Shown one piece after another: positions 40,795 through 51,318 of a stretch of DNA of 64,000 nt. Source of the stretch: a candidate division FCPU426 bacterium (GTDB taxonomy: Bacteria > Oederibacteriota > Muellerivitia > Muellerivitales > Muellerivitaceae); contig CAVYSE010000001.1 in the NCBI GenBank assembly GCA_963771075.1, positions 121,367 through 185,366 on the forward strand, given 5' to 3'. Both the position numbers and the translations under genes were made by a program. Position 1 is the first letter of the stretch. Each line of letters starts with the position of its first letter. Under the pieces are notes generated by a model that was not told the DNA's origin, searched no databases, and worked only from the letters and a program-made list of their open reading frames with translations.

Positions 40795-42675
40795 ATGATT
40801 CAGTATGCTTGGCTGATACCGGCACTGCCGGCCTTTTCCTATCTTTTCATTACCCTTTTTACCCGCCGGCACCGCCAGTTGTCCGCGGCCCTGTCCATTC
40901 TTTCCATGGGGATCTGTTTCATCCTCTCGGTGGGAATCCTCCTTCAACTTTTGGGCCTGGACCCCTCCGCCCGCGTGGTCACTTTCAGCGTCACCTGGCT
41001 GGAAATCGCCCCCTGGAAGGCCCAGGTGGGGATCCTGATCGACCCCTTGGGTTCCAACATGCTGATCGTGGTGACCCTGGTCTCCCTGCTGGTCCAAATT
41101 TACTCCCTGGGATACATGCACGACGACGAGGGCTTCGCGCCCTATTATTCCTACCTGTCCCTCTTTACCGCCTCCATGCTCCTGCTGGTCCTCTCCACCA
41201 GCTTCCTTCAATTGTTCGTGGGGTGGGAATTGGTGGGGCTTTGTTCCTATCTCCTGATCGGCTTCTGGTACCACAAGCCCGAGGCGGCGGACGCCTGTAA
41301 GAAGGCCTTTATCACCAACCGGGTCGGGGACATGTTCTTCCTGATGGGGGTCATTACCATTGGCATGAAATTCCAGACCTTTGATTTCGCCCAGGTCCAG
41401 ACCCTGGTGACGTCCGGCATCGCCGACCATTCTCTCCCCACCCTCTTCGTGGCGGGCATCGCCCTCCTGTTGTTCGGCGGGGCGGTGGGGAAGAGCGCCC
41501 AGTTTCCCCTGCATGTCTGGCTCCCGGACGCCATGGAAGGCCCCACGCCCGTCTCCGCCCTCATCCACGCCGCCACCATGGTGGCAGCCGGCGTTTTCAT
41601 GGTGGCCCGCACCTACCTGCTGTTTTCGGCCGATCCCACCGCCATGACCGCCGTCGCCTGGACCGGCGGGTTCACCGCCCTATTCGCGGCCACCATCGCC
41701 CTGGCCCAAAACGACATCAAGCGCATCCTGGCCTATTCCACCCTCTCCCAGCTCGGGTACATGATCCTGGCCCTGGGCTGCGGCGGTTTCACCCAAGGCA
41801 TGTTCCACCTGACGACCCACGCCTGTTTTAAGGCCCTGCTCTTTTTGGGGGCGGGAAGCGTCATCCACGGCCTGCACCACCAGGACATCTGGCATATGGG
41901 CGGGTTGGCGAGGAAGATGAAGGTCACGGCCTACACCTTCGCGGTGGCCACCCTGGCCATCGCGGGCATCTTTCCCCTGGCGGGATTCTTCTCCAAGGAC
42001 GCCATCCTGGACGCCGTGAAGGAAAGCACCGTCCCCGGCCATGAAATCCTCTACGCGGCCGCTGTCTTCACGGCCTTCCTGACCGCCTTCTACATGTTCC
42101 GGCTTTTCTTCGTGGTCTTCGCCGGGGAACCCCGCGACGCACACGCCCATGACCACGCCCATGAGTCGCCCCTTTCCATGACCGGACCCCTGGTTGTCCT
42201 GGCCCTGCTCTCCATCGTCGTCGGCTGGCTCAACTGGCCGGGGTTCGACGGCTATTCCAAGTTTCTCCATTATGGCAACGCCGCCCCGGCGGAATTCGAT
42301 TGGACCATGGGCTGGGTCTCGGTGGGGATCGCTGTCCTGGGCATCCTGCTGGCCGCCTGCTTTTATTACTGGAAAGTCTTCTCGGCCGAAAAGATGGCCC
42401 AAACCTTCCGCCCCATCCATCTGCTCCTGAAAAACAAGTACTATGTCGACGAGTTTTACGGCTGGATGGTCAAGAAAGTGGTTTTTGGCCTGGCGACCCT
42501 CTTTACCTGGTTTGACGACAACGTGGTGGATGACGGCATGGTGGACGGCATCGGATGGACGGCCCGCAAGATGGGCGGTTTCTTCCGGTTGACGCAGACC
42601 GGATATGTCCAGAATTACGCCCTGGTGATTTTCGGGGCCGTCGCGGTGATATTTTTAATCGTCAGTTTCCAATAA
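40795..42675 (+). CDS. nuoL: NADH-quinone oxidoreductase subunit L
   Basis: WELVGLCSYLLIGFW, GKSAQFPLHVWLPDAMEGPTPVSALIHAATMV, QTGYVQNY. Confidence 0.96.
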   Translation: MIQYAWLIPALPAFSYLFITLFTRRHRQLSAALSILSMGICFILSVGILLQLLGLDPSARVVTFSVTWLEIAPWKAQVGILIDPLGSNMLIVVTLVSLLVQIYSLGYMHDDEGFAPYYSYLSLFTASMLLLVLSTSFLQLFVGWELVGLCSYLLIGFWYHKPEAADACKKAFITNRVGDMFFLMGVITIGMKFQTFDFAQVQTLVTSGIADHSLPTLFVAGIALLLFGGAVGKSAQFPLHVWLPDAMEGPTPVSALIHAATMVAAGVFMVARTYLLFSADPTAMTAVAWTGGFTALFAATIALAQNDIKRILAYSTLSQLGYMILALGCGGFTQGMFHLTTHACFKALLFLGAGSVIHGLHHQDIWHMGGLARKMKVTAYTFAVATLAIAGIFPLAGFFSKDAILDAVKESTVPGHEILYAAAVFTAFLTAFYMFRLFFVVFAGEPRDAHAHDHAHESPLSMTGPLVVLALLSIVVGWLNWPGFDGYSKFLHYGNAAPAEFDWTMGWVSVGIAVLGILLAACFYYWKVFSAEKMAQTFRPIHLLLKNKYYVDEFYGWMVKKVVFGLATLFTWFDDNVVDDGMVDGIGWTARKMGGFFRLTQTGYVQNYALVIFGAVAVIFLIVSFQ

Positions 42676-42684
42676 CCCGGAGGA

Positions 42685-44263
42685 ATGAACCGAATGCTTC
42701 CAGTCTTGACTGCCATCCTCGTGCCTTTCCTGGCTTCCTTCCTGGCGTTCCACTGCGCCGGGCCGGGATGCGCCTGCCTGCCCGTCCTGACCTGCTTCAT
42801 CCTGATCCCCAACCTGGCCGCCTTGGCCATCCTGGTCGCGGGGGATAGGTTCATCCGCTGGATTAGCCTGGTCGCGGCTTCCCTGGAACTGGGCCTGGCG
42901 TTCCACGTCTTGACTTCCTTCTCGGTGGCCGAGGGCGGGTTCCAATTCGTGGAAAAGGTTCCCTGGCTTTCCAACCTGGGCATCAACTACCTTTTGGGCG
43001 TGGACGGCATGAGCACCCTGATGGTGTTCCTGGTGGCCTGCGTCTATTTCGCCGGCACGCTGATTTCCTGGAACATCACGCCTGCGCATCCGCGAATACT
43101 TCGTCCTTTTCTCCCTCCTGGTGGGCGGGGTGGCGGGCGCCTACGTCAGCCTGGACCTTTTCTTCTTTCTTCCTTTTCTACGAGTTCGCGGTGCTTCCCA
43201 TGTACCTGCTGGTGGGCATTTGGGGCTCGGGACGCAAGGAATACGCGGCCATGAAATTGACGGTCATGCTCCTGGCGGGATCGGCCTTCATGCTGGTGGG
43301 TTTCCTGGCGATGTACTTCACCTCGAACGTCCATACCTTCGATATCCGCGTCCTGGGACACCTGTCCGCAGACGGGTTTCAGCGCCGACTTTCCAGAAGA
43401 CCTGGTTCCCCCTCCTGTTCCTCGGTTTCGGCGTCATCGCGGCGGTCTTCCCGTTCCACACCTGGTCGCCGGATGGTTACGGCTCGGCGCCGACCGCGGC
43501 TTCCATGCTTCACGCCGGGGTCCTGAAAAGCCTGGGCGGCTACAGCATCATCCGCGTCGCCTTGCCGGCCCTGCCCGATGGCGCCCGGTACTGGCTCCCC
43601 CTGTTGGTGATCCTGACCCTCATCAACATCCTTTACGCGGCCTTCGTGGCCCTGAAGCAAAAGGACTTCAAGTATGTCATCGCCTACTCCTCCGTTTCCC
43701 ACTGCGGGGCCATCCTCTTCGGCATCTGCACCATGCAGGCGGCGGGCCTGAACGGGGCGGTGATCCAGACCCTGTCCCACGGCATCGTGGCGGCCATGAC
43801 CTTCGCCCTGGTGGGCACGGTCTACGGCAAGGCCCATACCCGGGAACTGGCCAAGCTGGGCGGCCTTTCCAAGGTGATGCCCATCCTGGGCGGGCTGTTC
43901 GTGGCGGCGGCCATGGCCAACGTGGGGCTGCCGGGCCTCAGCGGCTTCGTGGGCGAGTTCCTCATCTTCATGGGCGCCTTCAAGAGCGGGTTCGGTATTT
44001 TCCAGATCCTCTTTCCCATCGCCATCCTGTCCATCGTCATGACGGCGGTTTACTACCTTCGCCTGGTGCAGATGGTCTTTTACGGGCCGGTGCAGGACCC
44101 CCACCTGCAGGAAAAGGCCCAGGACGGCACCTTCATCGAGATCCTCCCCATCGCCTTCCTCTTGCTGGTGTCCCTGGCGGTGGGCTTCTATCCCAAGCCC
44201 TTCGTGGACCTTTCCAATAGCGCCATCGCGCCCCTGGTCGACCTGATCGGAGGCTTCAAATGA
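42685..44263 (+). CDS. nuoM: NADH-quinone oxidoreductase subunit M (several frameshifts between ~43075 and ~43395)
   Basis: LGVDGMS, YEFAVLPMYLLVGIWG, FPFHTWSPD..GSAPT, AYSSVSH, GLPGLSGFVGEF, spread over three frames. Confidence 0.88.
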
Positions 44264-45728
44264 TCCAATATTCCGTTTTCCTTCCCGAAATTTGGATGGT
44301 CGGCGCCGCGGTCCTGATCCTTTTGTGGGACCTCGTTCTTCCCAAAGACTCCAACCGGGATTTCCTCAGCTGGGTCGCCGGATTGGGCCTGGCGGGCGCC
44401 CTGGCGGGTTTGCCCTGCATCGGTAACATCGGCTGCATGGGCGCCTGTCCGATCGCCCCTTCCCGATGGAAACCTTCAACGGGTTCCTCAAGCTGGACTG
44501 CCTGGCGATCTTCTTCAAGACCGTGATTCTCCTCGCCACGCTCCTGACGGTCCTGATCGCGCACCGGTATTTCAAGACCCGCGCGACCCCCTACCCGGCC
44601 GAGTTTTTGGCCATAGTGCTTTTTTCCGCGGCGGGCGCCTCCGCCCTTTCCTCGGCCCAGGAAGTCGTGACCCTCTATATCGCCCTGGAAACCCTGACCA
44701 TCAGCAGCTACCTCCTGGCTTCCTTCATGAAAAAGGACAAGGCCAGCAACGAGGCGGGGATGAAATACCTGCTCATCGGCGCTTTTTCCTCCGCCCTGCT
44801 TCTTTTCGGTTTTTCCTATCTCTACGGCCTTTCCGGCACCACCACTCTCACCGGCATGGCGCGAGCCATGGCGGCCCAGCCCGTTTCTCCCCTGGGGGTC
44901 CTGGCGGTGATCATGGTCATCGGGGGTCTCTCGTTCAAGATTTCCCTGGCCCCATTCCACATGTGGACGCCGGATGTCTACGAGGGGGCGCCCACGCCCG
45001 TGACGGCTTTCCTTTCCACCGTCTCCAAGACCGCCGGGTTCGCCGCCTTTATCCGGATCTTCTGGGTGGGCCTGGCCGTGCCCTCCCTCCAGCCGGTCTG
45101 GGTGGGACTTTTCGCCGTCCTCGCGGCGGCCAGCATCGTGCTGGGCAATTTGGAGGCCCTACCCCAAACCAACCTGAAACGCCTGATGGCCTATTCCTCC
45201 ATCGCCCAGGCCGGGTATATCTCCACCGGTTTCCTGGCGGGCGGGCAGTTGGGCATGACCGCCGTCCTTTTCTACCTTTTCGTCTACCTCTTCGCCAACA
45301 TGGGCGTCTTCCTCTCCATCGCCCTGGTTTCGGCCAAGACGGGAAGCGAGGACATTGTCGCCTTCAGCGGCATATGGAAAAGGTCGCCGATCATCGGCGT
45401 GATGCTTTTGGTGGGCTTGCTTTCGCTGGCGGGCGTCCCGCCCTTCGCGGGCTTCTCGGGAAAATGGTACCTCTTCGGCGCCGCCATCCACCAGGGCTAC
45501 ACCTGGCTGGCGCTGGTGGGCATGGTCTTCAGCGTGGTGTCCCTCTATTACTACCTCATGGTGGCCAAGCAGGCCCTAGTGAGCGATCCGTCCGATTCTT
45601 CGCCGATCCCGGTGAACCCGCTTGAAAAGGGGGCCCTTTTCATCTGCATCGCCATGACGGTCGTTTTGGGCTTCTGGCCCGCGCCGGTCATGAAATTGGC
45701 TGAAATGGCCGCCTCCAGCCTGTTTTAG
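44260..45728 (+). CDS. nuoN: NADH-quinone oxidoreductase subunit N (frameshift at ~44460)
   Basis: LPEI, EAGMKY, FKISLAPFHMWTPDVYEGAPTP, KRLMAYSSIAQAGY, SLAGVPP.AGF.GK. Confidence 0.92.
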
Positions 45729-45824
45729 TTTTTAAAAACCATCCCCATTCCCATCCGGTGGTTCCTGTGGATCCGTGGCAAAATATTTGTTGGGTTTAGG
45801 ATCCTTAACAAAACCCAATATTTA

Positions 45825-46010
45825 TTACAGAGACACGGATACACATACCGACCATCCATGAGACATTAAATGGGGTCGGTATAGTCCCGATTTCTTTCGG
45901 TTTAGGGCGAAAGGGGACAGGGTAAACCCGGACAATGGGTTTAAGATTTCTTGAATTTAGAAAGGTTTTTCTCTGTGCCTCTGTGGCCGCCAAAGGCGGC
46001 CTGTGGTGAA
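45825..46010. repeat. Intergenic REP-like element with inverted ACAGAG/CTCTGT arms and an embedded hairpin
   Basis: TTACAGAGACACGGA(45825) is approximately the reverse complement of CTCTGTGCCTCTGTGG(45971). A GCCGCC-AAA-GGCGGC hairpin lies inside the right arm. Confidence 0.55.
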
Positions 46011-46155
46011 ATTGGGTATTGTTATAGTCTCTTAGTCTATTGCGCCGCGGGGATGAAATCTTTTCACCCTTCCCGCGCATGGGTCTGGGTTGCAAAGTCT
46101 CAAAATCGGGCTGAAAATAGCCTCTTCGTGACAATCGATCCGAGGAAAGGATCCC

Positions 46156-46989
46156 ATGACAGTTCAAATTCCTTACGCGTTCACCGTTTTATCACTGGTC
46201 TTGGCCGCCTGGTTTTCCCTGCGCTATTACCAAACCCTGGAGGATAGCCACGACCTCAAGGCGGGGCAGTGGCTGTCCGGGGCTTTGCTGGTCCAGTTGT
46301 CCATCATCCTCTGGATCTGGGTCCGGACCGGCTATCCCCCCCTGCTTTCCCTCAGCGGGATCCTCTTAACCATCGCCTTTTGCCTCGGCTTCGTCCTTTG
46401 GATGGGACGCCTCCAGGCGCCCGTTCCGCTCCTGACCTCGCTCTTTATGCCGATGGTTTGTGGTATCGCCCTCCTGGGTTTCGGCGTCAGTTTCCGGGAC
46501 CTGGCCTTTCCCAACCCCAAGATCATGACCTTCTGGATGTCCGTGCACATCATCTCCATTTTCCTCGGTTTCGCCTGTTTCACGCTCGGGTTCGGGGTCG
46601 GCATGGCCTTCTGGATCCAGGAAGGCCAGCTGAAGAACCACCGGATGAAGGCATGGAGCTTCCGCCTGCCCCCCCTCGAATTGCTCGACAAACTCACCGT
46701 TTTCTACATCGGCTGGGGTTTTGTGTTATGGGTGGCCGGCCTGTTGCTGGGCATTTACCAGGCCTTCCTGGTGTGGCACCAACTTCCCCTGGGGGACCCC
46801 AAGATCGTGGGGGCCATCCTGGTTTCCATCATCTACGCGTTCTTTTTCCTCCTTCGCTGGGGCCTCAAGATTCGGGGCCGAACCACCATGGCCCTGGTGA
46901 TGGGGGGCTACCTGCTCGCCCTCTTTACCTTCGTGGGGGTCCAGGTTTTCCTCCAGACCCAGCATATTTTCTGGAAAGCGGGACAATGA
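46156..46989 (+). CDS. Cytochrome c assembly CcsA/HemX-type membrane protein
   Basis: Conserved H in MSVHII, QE..LK, LPPLE.LD, DPK, about 8 TM helices. Lies directly upstream of hemA. Confidence 0.85.
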   Translation: MTVQIPYAFTVLSLVLAAWFSLRYYQTLEDSHDLKAGQWLSGALLVQLSIILWIWVRTGYPPLLSLSGILLTIAFCLGFVLWMGRLQAPVPLLTSLFMPMVCGIALLGFGVSFRDLAFPNPKIMTFWMSVHIISIFLGFACFTLGFGVGMAFWIQEGQLKNHRMKAWSFRLPPLELLDKLTVFYIGWGFVLWVAGLLLGIYQAFLVWHQLPLGDPKIVGAILVSIIYAFFFLLRWGLKIRGRTTMALVMGGYLLALFTFVGVQVFLQTQHIFWKAGQ

Positions 46990-48257
46990 AATTCATCGCC
47001 TACGGCCTGAACCACCGGACCGCGCCCGTCGCCGTAAGGGAAAAGTACGCCCTCACCCCGGAGCAGGTGGGGGAGACCCTGGTCGGCCTGAAGGAGGCCG
47101 CCCCCCAGGCGGTTTTCCTTTCCACCTGCAACCGCGTGGAGTTTTACCTCGGAACCGACCATGAAACCGAGGCTTTGGAAAAGGTCCACCAGCACCTCTT
47201 CAAGCACCACAAACTGAAGCCCAAGGAAATTTCACGTTATTTCTACCGGTACGAGGGGCCGGACGCCTTCCTGCACCTTTTCCGGGTCGCGGCATCGCTC
47301 GATTCCATGGTCCTGGGCGAGGCCCAGATCCTGGGCCAGGTCAAGGACGCCTACGAGACCGCTTCCTCCGCGGGCATGCTGGGCTCGATGCTCAACGGGG
47401 TCTTCCACCGGGCCTTCGCGGCCTCCAAAAGGGTCCGAAGCCAGACCGAGATCGCCCGCATGCCCACCAACGTCTCCTCGGTGGCGGTCGACCTGGCCGG
47501 GAAGATCTTCAGCCCCCTTTCCCAACGGCAGGCGCTCCTCATCGGCGCCGGGGAAATGAGCGAGCTGACCGCCAAGTACCTTTACGACGCGGGGGTGAGG
47601 GGTTTTACCGTGGCGAACCGCACGCTGGAAAAGGCCCGGGCCCTGGCCGAGCCCCTGGGAGGGAAGGCGATGGGCCTGGAGGAAGCGCTCTCCGAACTCT
47701 CGCAGGTGGATATCATCCTCACGTCCGTGGCCGGGTCCCAGCCCCTCATCACCAAGTCCCGGCTGGAGGAAGCCATGCGCCAGAGGGAAAGGACCCCCCT
47801 CTTCATCATCGACACGGGCGTGCCCCGCAACGTGGAGAATTCCGCCTCCGACATCGCCTCGGTCTACCTCTACAACATCGACGACCTTTCCCAGCTGGCC
47901 AACCGCAACCGCGAGGAAAGGCAAAAGGCCTCCCAAACCGCGGAGGCCATCCTCAAGGAAGAGGTGGAAAAGCTTTGCTCCTGGTTGAATACGCTGGAAC
48001 TGGTGCCCACGGTGGTTCGCTTGAGGGAAAAGTACGAAAAGACCCGCAGGCGGGAGCTGGACGAATTTTTCCACAAGAATCCCAACCTGGATGAGAAACA
48101 GCGCCGGGCGGTCGAAAAGCTCACCCAGGACCTTGTGGGCAAGCTGCTGCACGCCCCCACGGTCAACCTCAAGTCGGTGGTTCAGGAATCGGACCGGTTC
48201 GAGTACGCCCGGATGCTCGGCGAGGTCTTCGCCCTGTTTGAGGAACCCAAGGAATAG
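46986..48257 (+). CDS. hemA: Glutamyl-tRNA reductase
   Basis: GLNHRTAPV..RE, LSTCNRVE, SLDSMVLGE.QILGQVK, GAGEM, VPRN, YNIDDL. Confidence 0.96.
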   Translation: MKFIAYGLNHRTAPVAVREKYALTPEQVGETLVGLKEAAPQAVFLSTCNRVEFYLGTDHETEALEKVHQHLFKHHKLKPKEISRYFYRYEGPDAFLHLFRVAASLDSMVLGEAQILGQVKDAYETASSAGMLGSMLNGVFHRAFAASKRVRSQTEIARMPTNVSSVAVDLAGKIFSPLSQRQALLIGAGEMSELTAKYLYDAGVRGFTVANRTLEKARALAEPLGGKAMGLEEALSELSQVDIILTSVAGSQPLITKSRLEEAMRQRERTPLFIIDTGVPRNVENSASDIASVYLYNIDDLSQLANRNREERQKASQTAEAILKEEVEKLCSWLNTLELVPTVVRLREKYEKTRRRELDEFFHKNPNLDEKQRRAVEKLTQDLVGKLLHAPTVNLKSVVQESDRFEYARMLGEVFALFEEPKE

Positions 48258-48313
48258 AAACGGTTTGTCCGGAAGGACTTGGTTAGGAAGTTCATGATGA
48301 AAAAGGCGATCGA

Positions 48314-49786
48314 ATGAACAACGAACCCCTCGGAGGCTTTTCCAGTGTTGAATCCCTTGAAACATCCGCCCAGAAGCTAGAAGCATTGGAAAAGACAGAC
48401 CGCGCCCTTGCCGCCTCCCCGGATTTGGTCGAGGAACGATTTAGACGGGCTTGCCTTTTGGACCAGCTGGGGCGGACGAAGGAAGCCAAGGCGGAATATT
48501 CCAGGGTTTTAAAAAGGGAACCCGGCCATTTCGAGGCCTTAAGCCGAATGGGGAATATGCTTTATATAACGGCTTCCGCGGCAGCGGCCCTTCCTTATTA
48601 TATTCAAGCCGTCACCCGTCACCCTTCGAATCCCGTCGCTTATGTCAACCTCGGCCAACTCCAGGCCCAGGCCAATCAAAAAGCCCTCGCGAAATTGAAT
48701 TATGAGACCGCCCTCCGCCTGGACCCTGAAAATGCGGCGGCCCAGCGCGGCCTGGCCGTGGTGCTGAAGGAATTCGGGGACAAGCCGAACGCCCAACGAT
48801 ACCGGGATATGGGCTACCGGAAGGAACCGGTGGTCTATAGGCCCTACCGAGGGGAGGGTTCGCCGGTGAAGGTCCTTTTGCTTGAATCGGCCATGGGTAA
48901 TTTGGTCCCGCTTCACAAGCACATCGACGGCAGCCTTTTCCAAACGACCACCCTTTTCGCGGATTATTTTGATCCTTCCCAACCCCTCCCTCCCCACCAG
49001 AAGGTGTGGAACCTCATTGGGGACGCGGACGAGTGTTCCCAAGCCCTGGAGATGGCTTCCCGCCTGTTGGAAAAAACCTCCGCTCCCGTCCTCAACCATC
49101 CCGCGAAGGTTCTACCGACGGGTCGGGAGGAAATTTCGAAGAAATTAAGCGCCATCCCCGGGGTGATTACGCCCCGGATTTCGCTCCTGTCCCGGGAGCG
49201 CCTGATGCGCCCATCGATCGGGGAGGATCTGAAAGAACTCGGTTTTACCTTCCCCTTCCTCTTGCGCTCGCCCGGATTTCACGGCGGCAAGCATTTCATT
49301 TATGCCGGGAATGGGGAAGAACTGAGGAACCAACTGCCGTCCCTGCCGGGGGACCAGCTTCTCGTCATCGAGTATTTGGATTCCCGGAGCCCGGACGGGA
49401 AAATTCGGAAATACCGGGTCATGATGATCGAGGGAAAGCTCTATCCCCTGCATGCCGGCCTCTCCCACGATTGGAAAATCCATTACTTCAGCGCCGAAAT
49501 GGCGAATCACCCGGAAAATCGGGAGGAGGATTTGAGATTTTTGACCCGGATGCCGGAAGTCCTGGGCCCTCACGCGATGGAAGCCTTGGGGAAAGTTTGC
49601 TCAACCTTGGGATTGGATTACGGCGGAATCGATTTCGGCCTCAACGGAAATGGGGACATCCTCCTCTATGAGACCAACGCGACGATGGTGGTCTACCCGC
49701 CTGGCCCGGAACAAATATGGGATTACCGCCGACCGGCGGTCCAGATAATACTGGACGCCATCCAACAAATGTTCCTCAAAAGTTGA
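48314..49786 (+). CDS. TPR + RimK-like ATP-grasp protein, paralogue 1
   Basis: About 4 TPR helical repeats, then FPFLLRSPGFHGGKHF, IEYLD, KYRVMMI, LDYGGIDF, YETN (E-x-N). Confidence 0.8.
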   Translation: MNNEPLGGFSSVESLETSAQKLEALEKTDRALAASPDLVEERFRRACLLDQLGRTKEAKAEYSRVLKREPGHFEALSRMGNMLYITASAAAALPYYIQAVTRHPSNPVAYVNLGQLQAQANQKALAKLNYETALRLDPENAAAQRGLAVVLKEFGDKPNAQRYRDMGYRKEPVVYRPYRGEGSPVKVLLLESAMGNLVPLHKHIDGSLFQTTTLFADYFDPSQPLPPHQKVWNLIGDADECSQALEMASRLLEKTSAPVLNHPAKVLPTGREEISKKLSAIPGVITPRISLLSRERLMRPSIGEDLKELGFTFPFLLRSPGFHGGKHFIYAGNGEELRNQLPSLPGDQLLVIEYLDSRSPDGKIRKYRVMMIEGKLYPLHAGLSHDWKIHYFSAEMANHPENREEDLRFLTRMPEVLGPHAMEALGKVCSTLGLDYGGIDFGLNGNGDILLYETNATMVVYPPGPEQIWDYRRPAVQIILDAIQQMFLKS

Positions 49787-49815
49787 ACCAGGTCCAGGCA
49801 ACGGAAGGCCTTCGC

Positions 49816-51300
49816 ATGAACAACCGGCCCCTCGGCGGCTTATCCGGAGCGCCATCCCTTGAAACCTCCGCCCAGAAGCTTGAAGCATTGGAAAAACTGG
49901 ACCGCTTGCTGGCCGCCTCCCCGGATTTGGTCGAGGAACGCTTTCAACGGGCTTGCCTGTTGGACCAGTTGGGGAGGACGGAAAAAGCCAAGGTCGATTT
50001 CACGGAGGTTTTGAAAAGGGCTCCCGCCCACCTCGGAGCCTTGATCCGGTTTGGGGATTTGTTCTACGCGATGGGGTTTGGAGCGGCGGCCCAAGCCTTG
50101 TACCAAGAGGCGGTCCTCCGGCATCCTTCCAACTCCGAAGGTTACAACCGTCTCGCGAATGTCCAGGTGCAAATCAACGAGAAGGGACAGGCCCAGTCGA
50201 ATTTCGAGGCCGCCCTCCGGCTGGATCCCGGGAATCCGGAAGCCAACCGGGGAATGGCGGGCCTGCTCATGGATGCGGGGGATGAGCCAAACGCCAAACG
50301 GTTCCGGGACAAGGCCTTCCGGCGGGAACCGGTCTTGGTTTGTCCCTACCGGGGTGAAGGTTCGCCGTTGAGCATCCTTTTGCTTGAATCGGCCATGGGC
50401 AACGCGGTTCCTTTGCGCCGCTACCTGGACAGCCGCTTCTTCCACTCGACCACCCTTTTCGTGGAGTACTTTGACCCTTCCCAACCCCTCCCCCCCCACC
50501 AGAAGGTGTTGAACCTCATCGGGGACGCGGATAAGTGCCGACCGGACCTGGAAATCGCGGATCGATTATTGAAAAAAACATCCGCCCCCGTCCTCAACCA
50601 TCCCGCCAAGGTCCTACCGACGGGCCGGGAGGAAATCTCGAAGAAATTAAGCGGCATCCCCGGGGTGATTACGCCGAGGATTTCGCTCCTGCCCCGGGAG
50701 CGGCTGACGCGCCCATCGATCGGGGAGGATCTGAAGGAACTCGGTTTTTCCTTCCCCTTCCTATTGCGCTCGCCCGGATTTCACGGCGGCAAGCATTTCA
50801 TTTATGTCGAGAATGAGGAATCGTTGAGGAACCAATTGCCGGCCCTTCCGGGGGAAGAACTGCTGGCCATCCAGTATTTGGATTCCCGGAGCCGGGACGG
50901 GAAAATCCGCAAATACCGCGTTATGATGATCGATGGTACCTTGTATCCCTTGCATGCCGCCCTGTCCCGCGATTGGAAGGTCCACTACTTCAGCGCGGAG
51001 ATGGCCTCCCATCCCGGGAACCGCGAGGAGGATTCGAGATTTTTGGGGCAAATGCCGGATGTCCTGGGCGCTCCCGCGATGGAAGCCTTGGGGAATATCC
51101 GCTCTAGTCTGGGGCTGGATTACGCCGGAGTGGATTTTAGCCTGGATGAAAAAGGGGACATCCTCTTATTTGAGGCGAACGCGACGATGGTGGTTTATCC
51201 GCCCGACGGGGATCGAAGATGGGATTACCGCCGCCCGGCGGTCCAGAAAATTTTAGATGCCATCCAACGGTTGTTGCAGAAAGGGCAGGACCATTCCTAA
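49816..51300 (+). CDS. TPR + RimK-like ATP-grasp protein, paralogue 2
   Basis: The N-terminus MNNRPLGG...LETSAQKLEALEK matches paralogue 1. Same ATP-grasp motifs (LDYAGVDF, FEAN). Confidence 0.8.
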   Translation: MNNRPLGGLSGAPSLETSAQKLEALEKLDRLLAASPDLVEERFQRACLLDQLGRTEKAKVDFTEVLKRAPAHLGALIRFGDLFYAMGFGAAAQALYQEAVLRHPSNSEGYNRLANVQVQINEKGQAQSNFEAALRLDPGNPEANRGMAGLLMDAGDEPNAKRFRDKAFRREPVLVCPYRGEGSPLSILLLESAMGNAVPLRRYLDSRFFHSTTLFVEYFDPSQPLPPHQKVLNLIGDADKCRPDLEIADRLLKKTSAPVLNHPAKVLPTGREEISKKLSGIPGVITPRISLLPRERLTRPSIGEDLKELGFSFPFLLRSPGFHGGKHFIYVENEESLRNQLPALPGEELLAIQYLDSRSRDGKIRKYRVMMIDGTLYPLHAALSRDWKVHYFSAEMASHPGNREEDSRFLGQMPDVLGAPAMEALGNIRSSLGLDYAGVDFSLDEKGDILLFEANATMVVYPPDGDRRWDYRRPAVQKILDAIQRLLQKGQDHS

Positions 51301-51318
51301 GAGGGGGAAGGCGTTGCC

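Noticed and set aside
36493..44470. Programmed frameshifting or true pseudogenes in nuoC/M/N
   Set aside because: There are no consistent slippery sites, and similar indels occur across unrelated genes, so sequencing error is more parsimonious.
35540..45728. Group 4 [NiFe]-hydrogenase (Ech/Hyf-like)
   Set aside because: The large subunit lacks both CxxC nickel motifs and has the NuoD quinone-site signatures (GPQHPATHG, DRVDY).
46269..46985. 240-aa N-terminal extension of HemA
   Set aside because: It overlaps ccsA in another frame and has shadow-ORF composition. HemA homology begins at ATG 46986, coupled to the ccsA stop.
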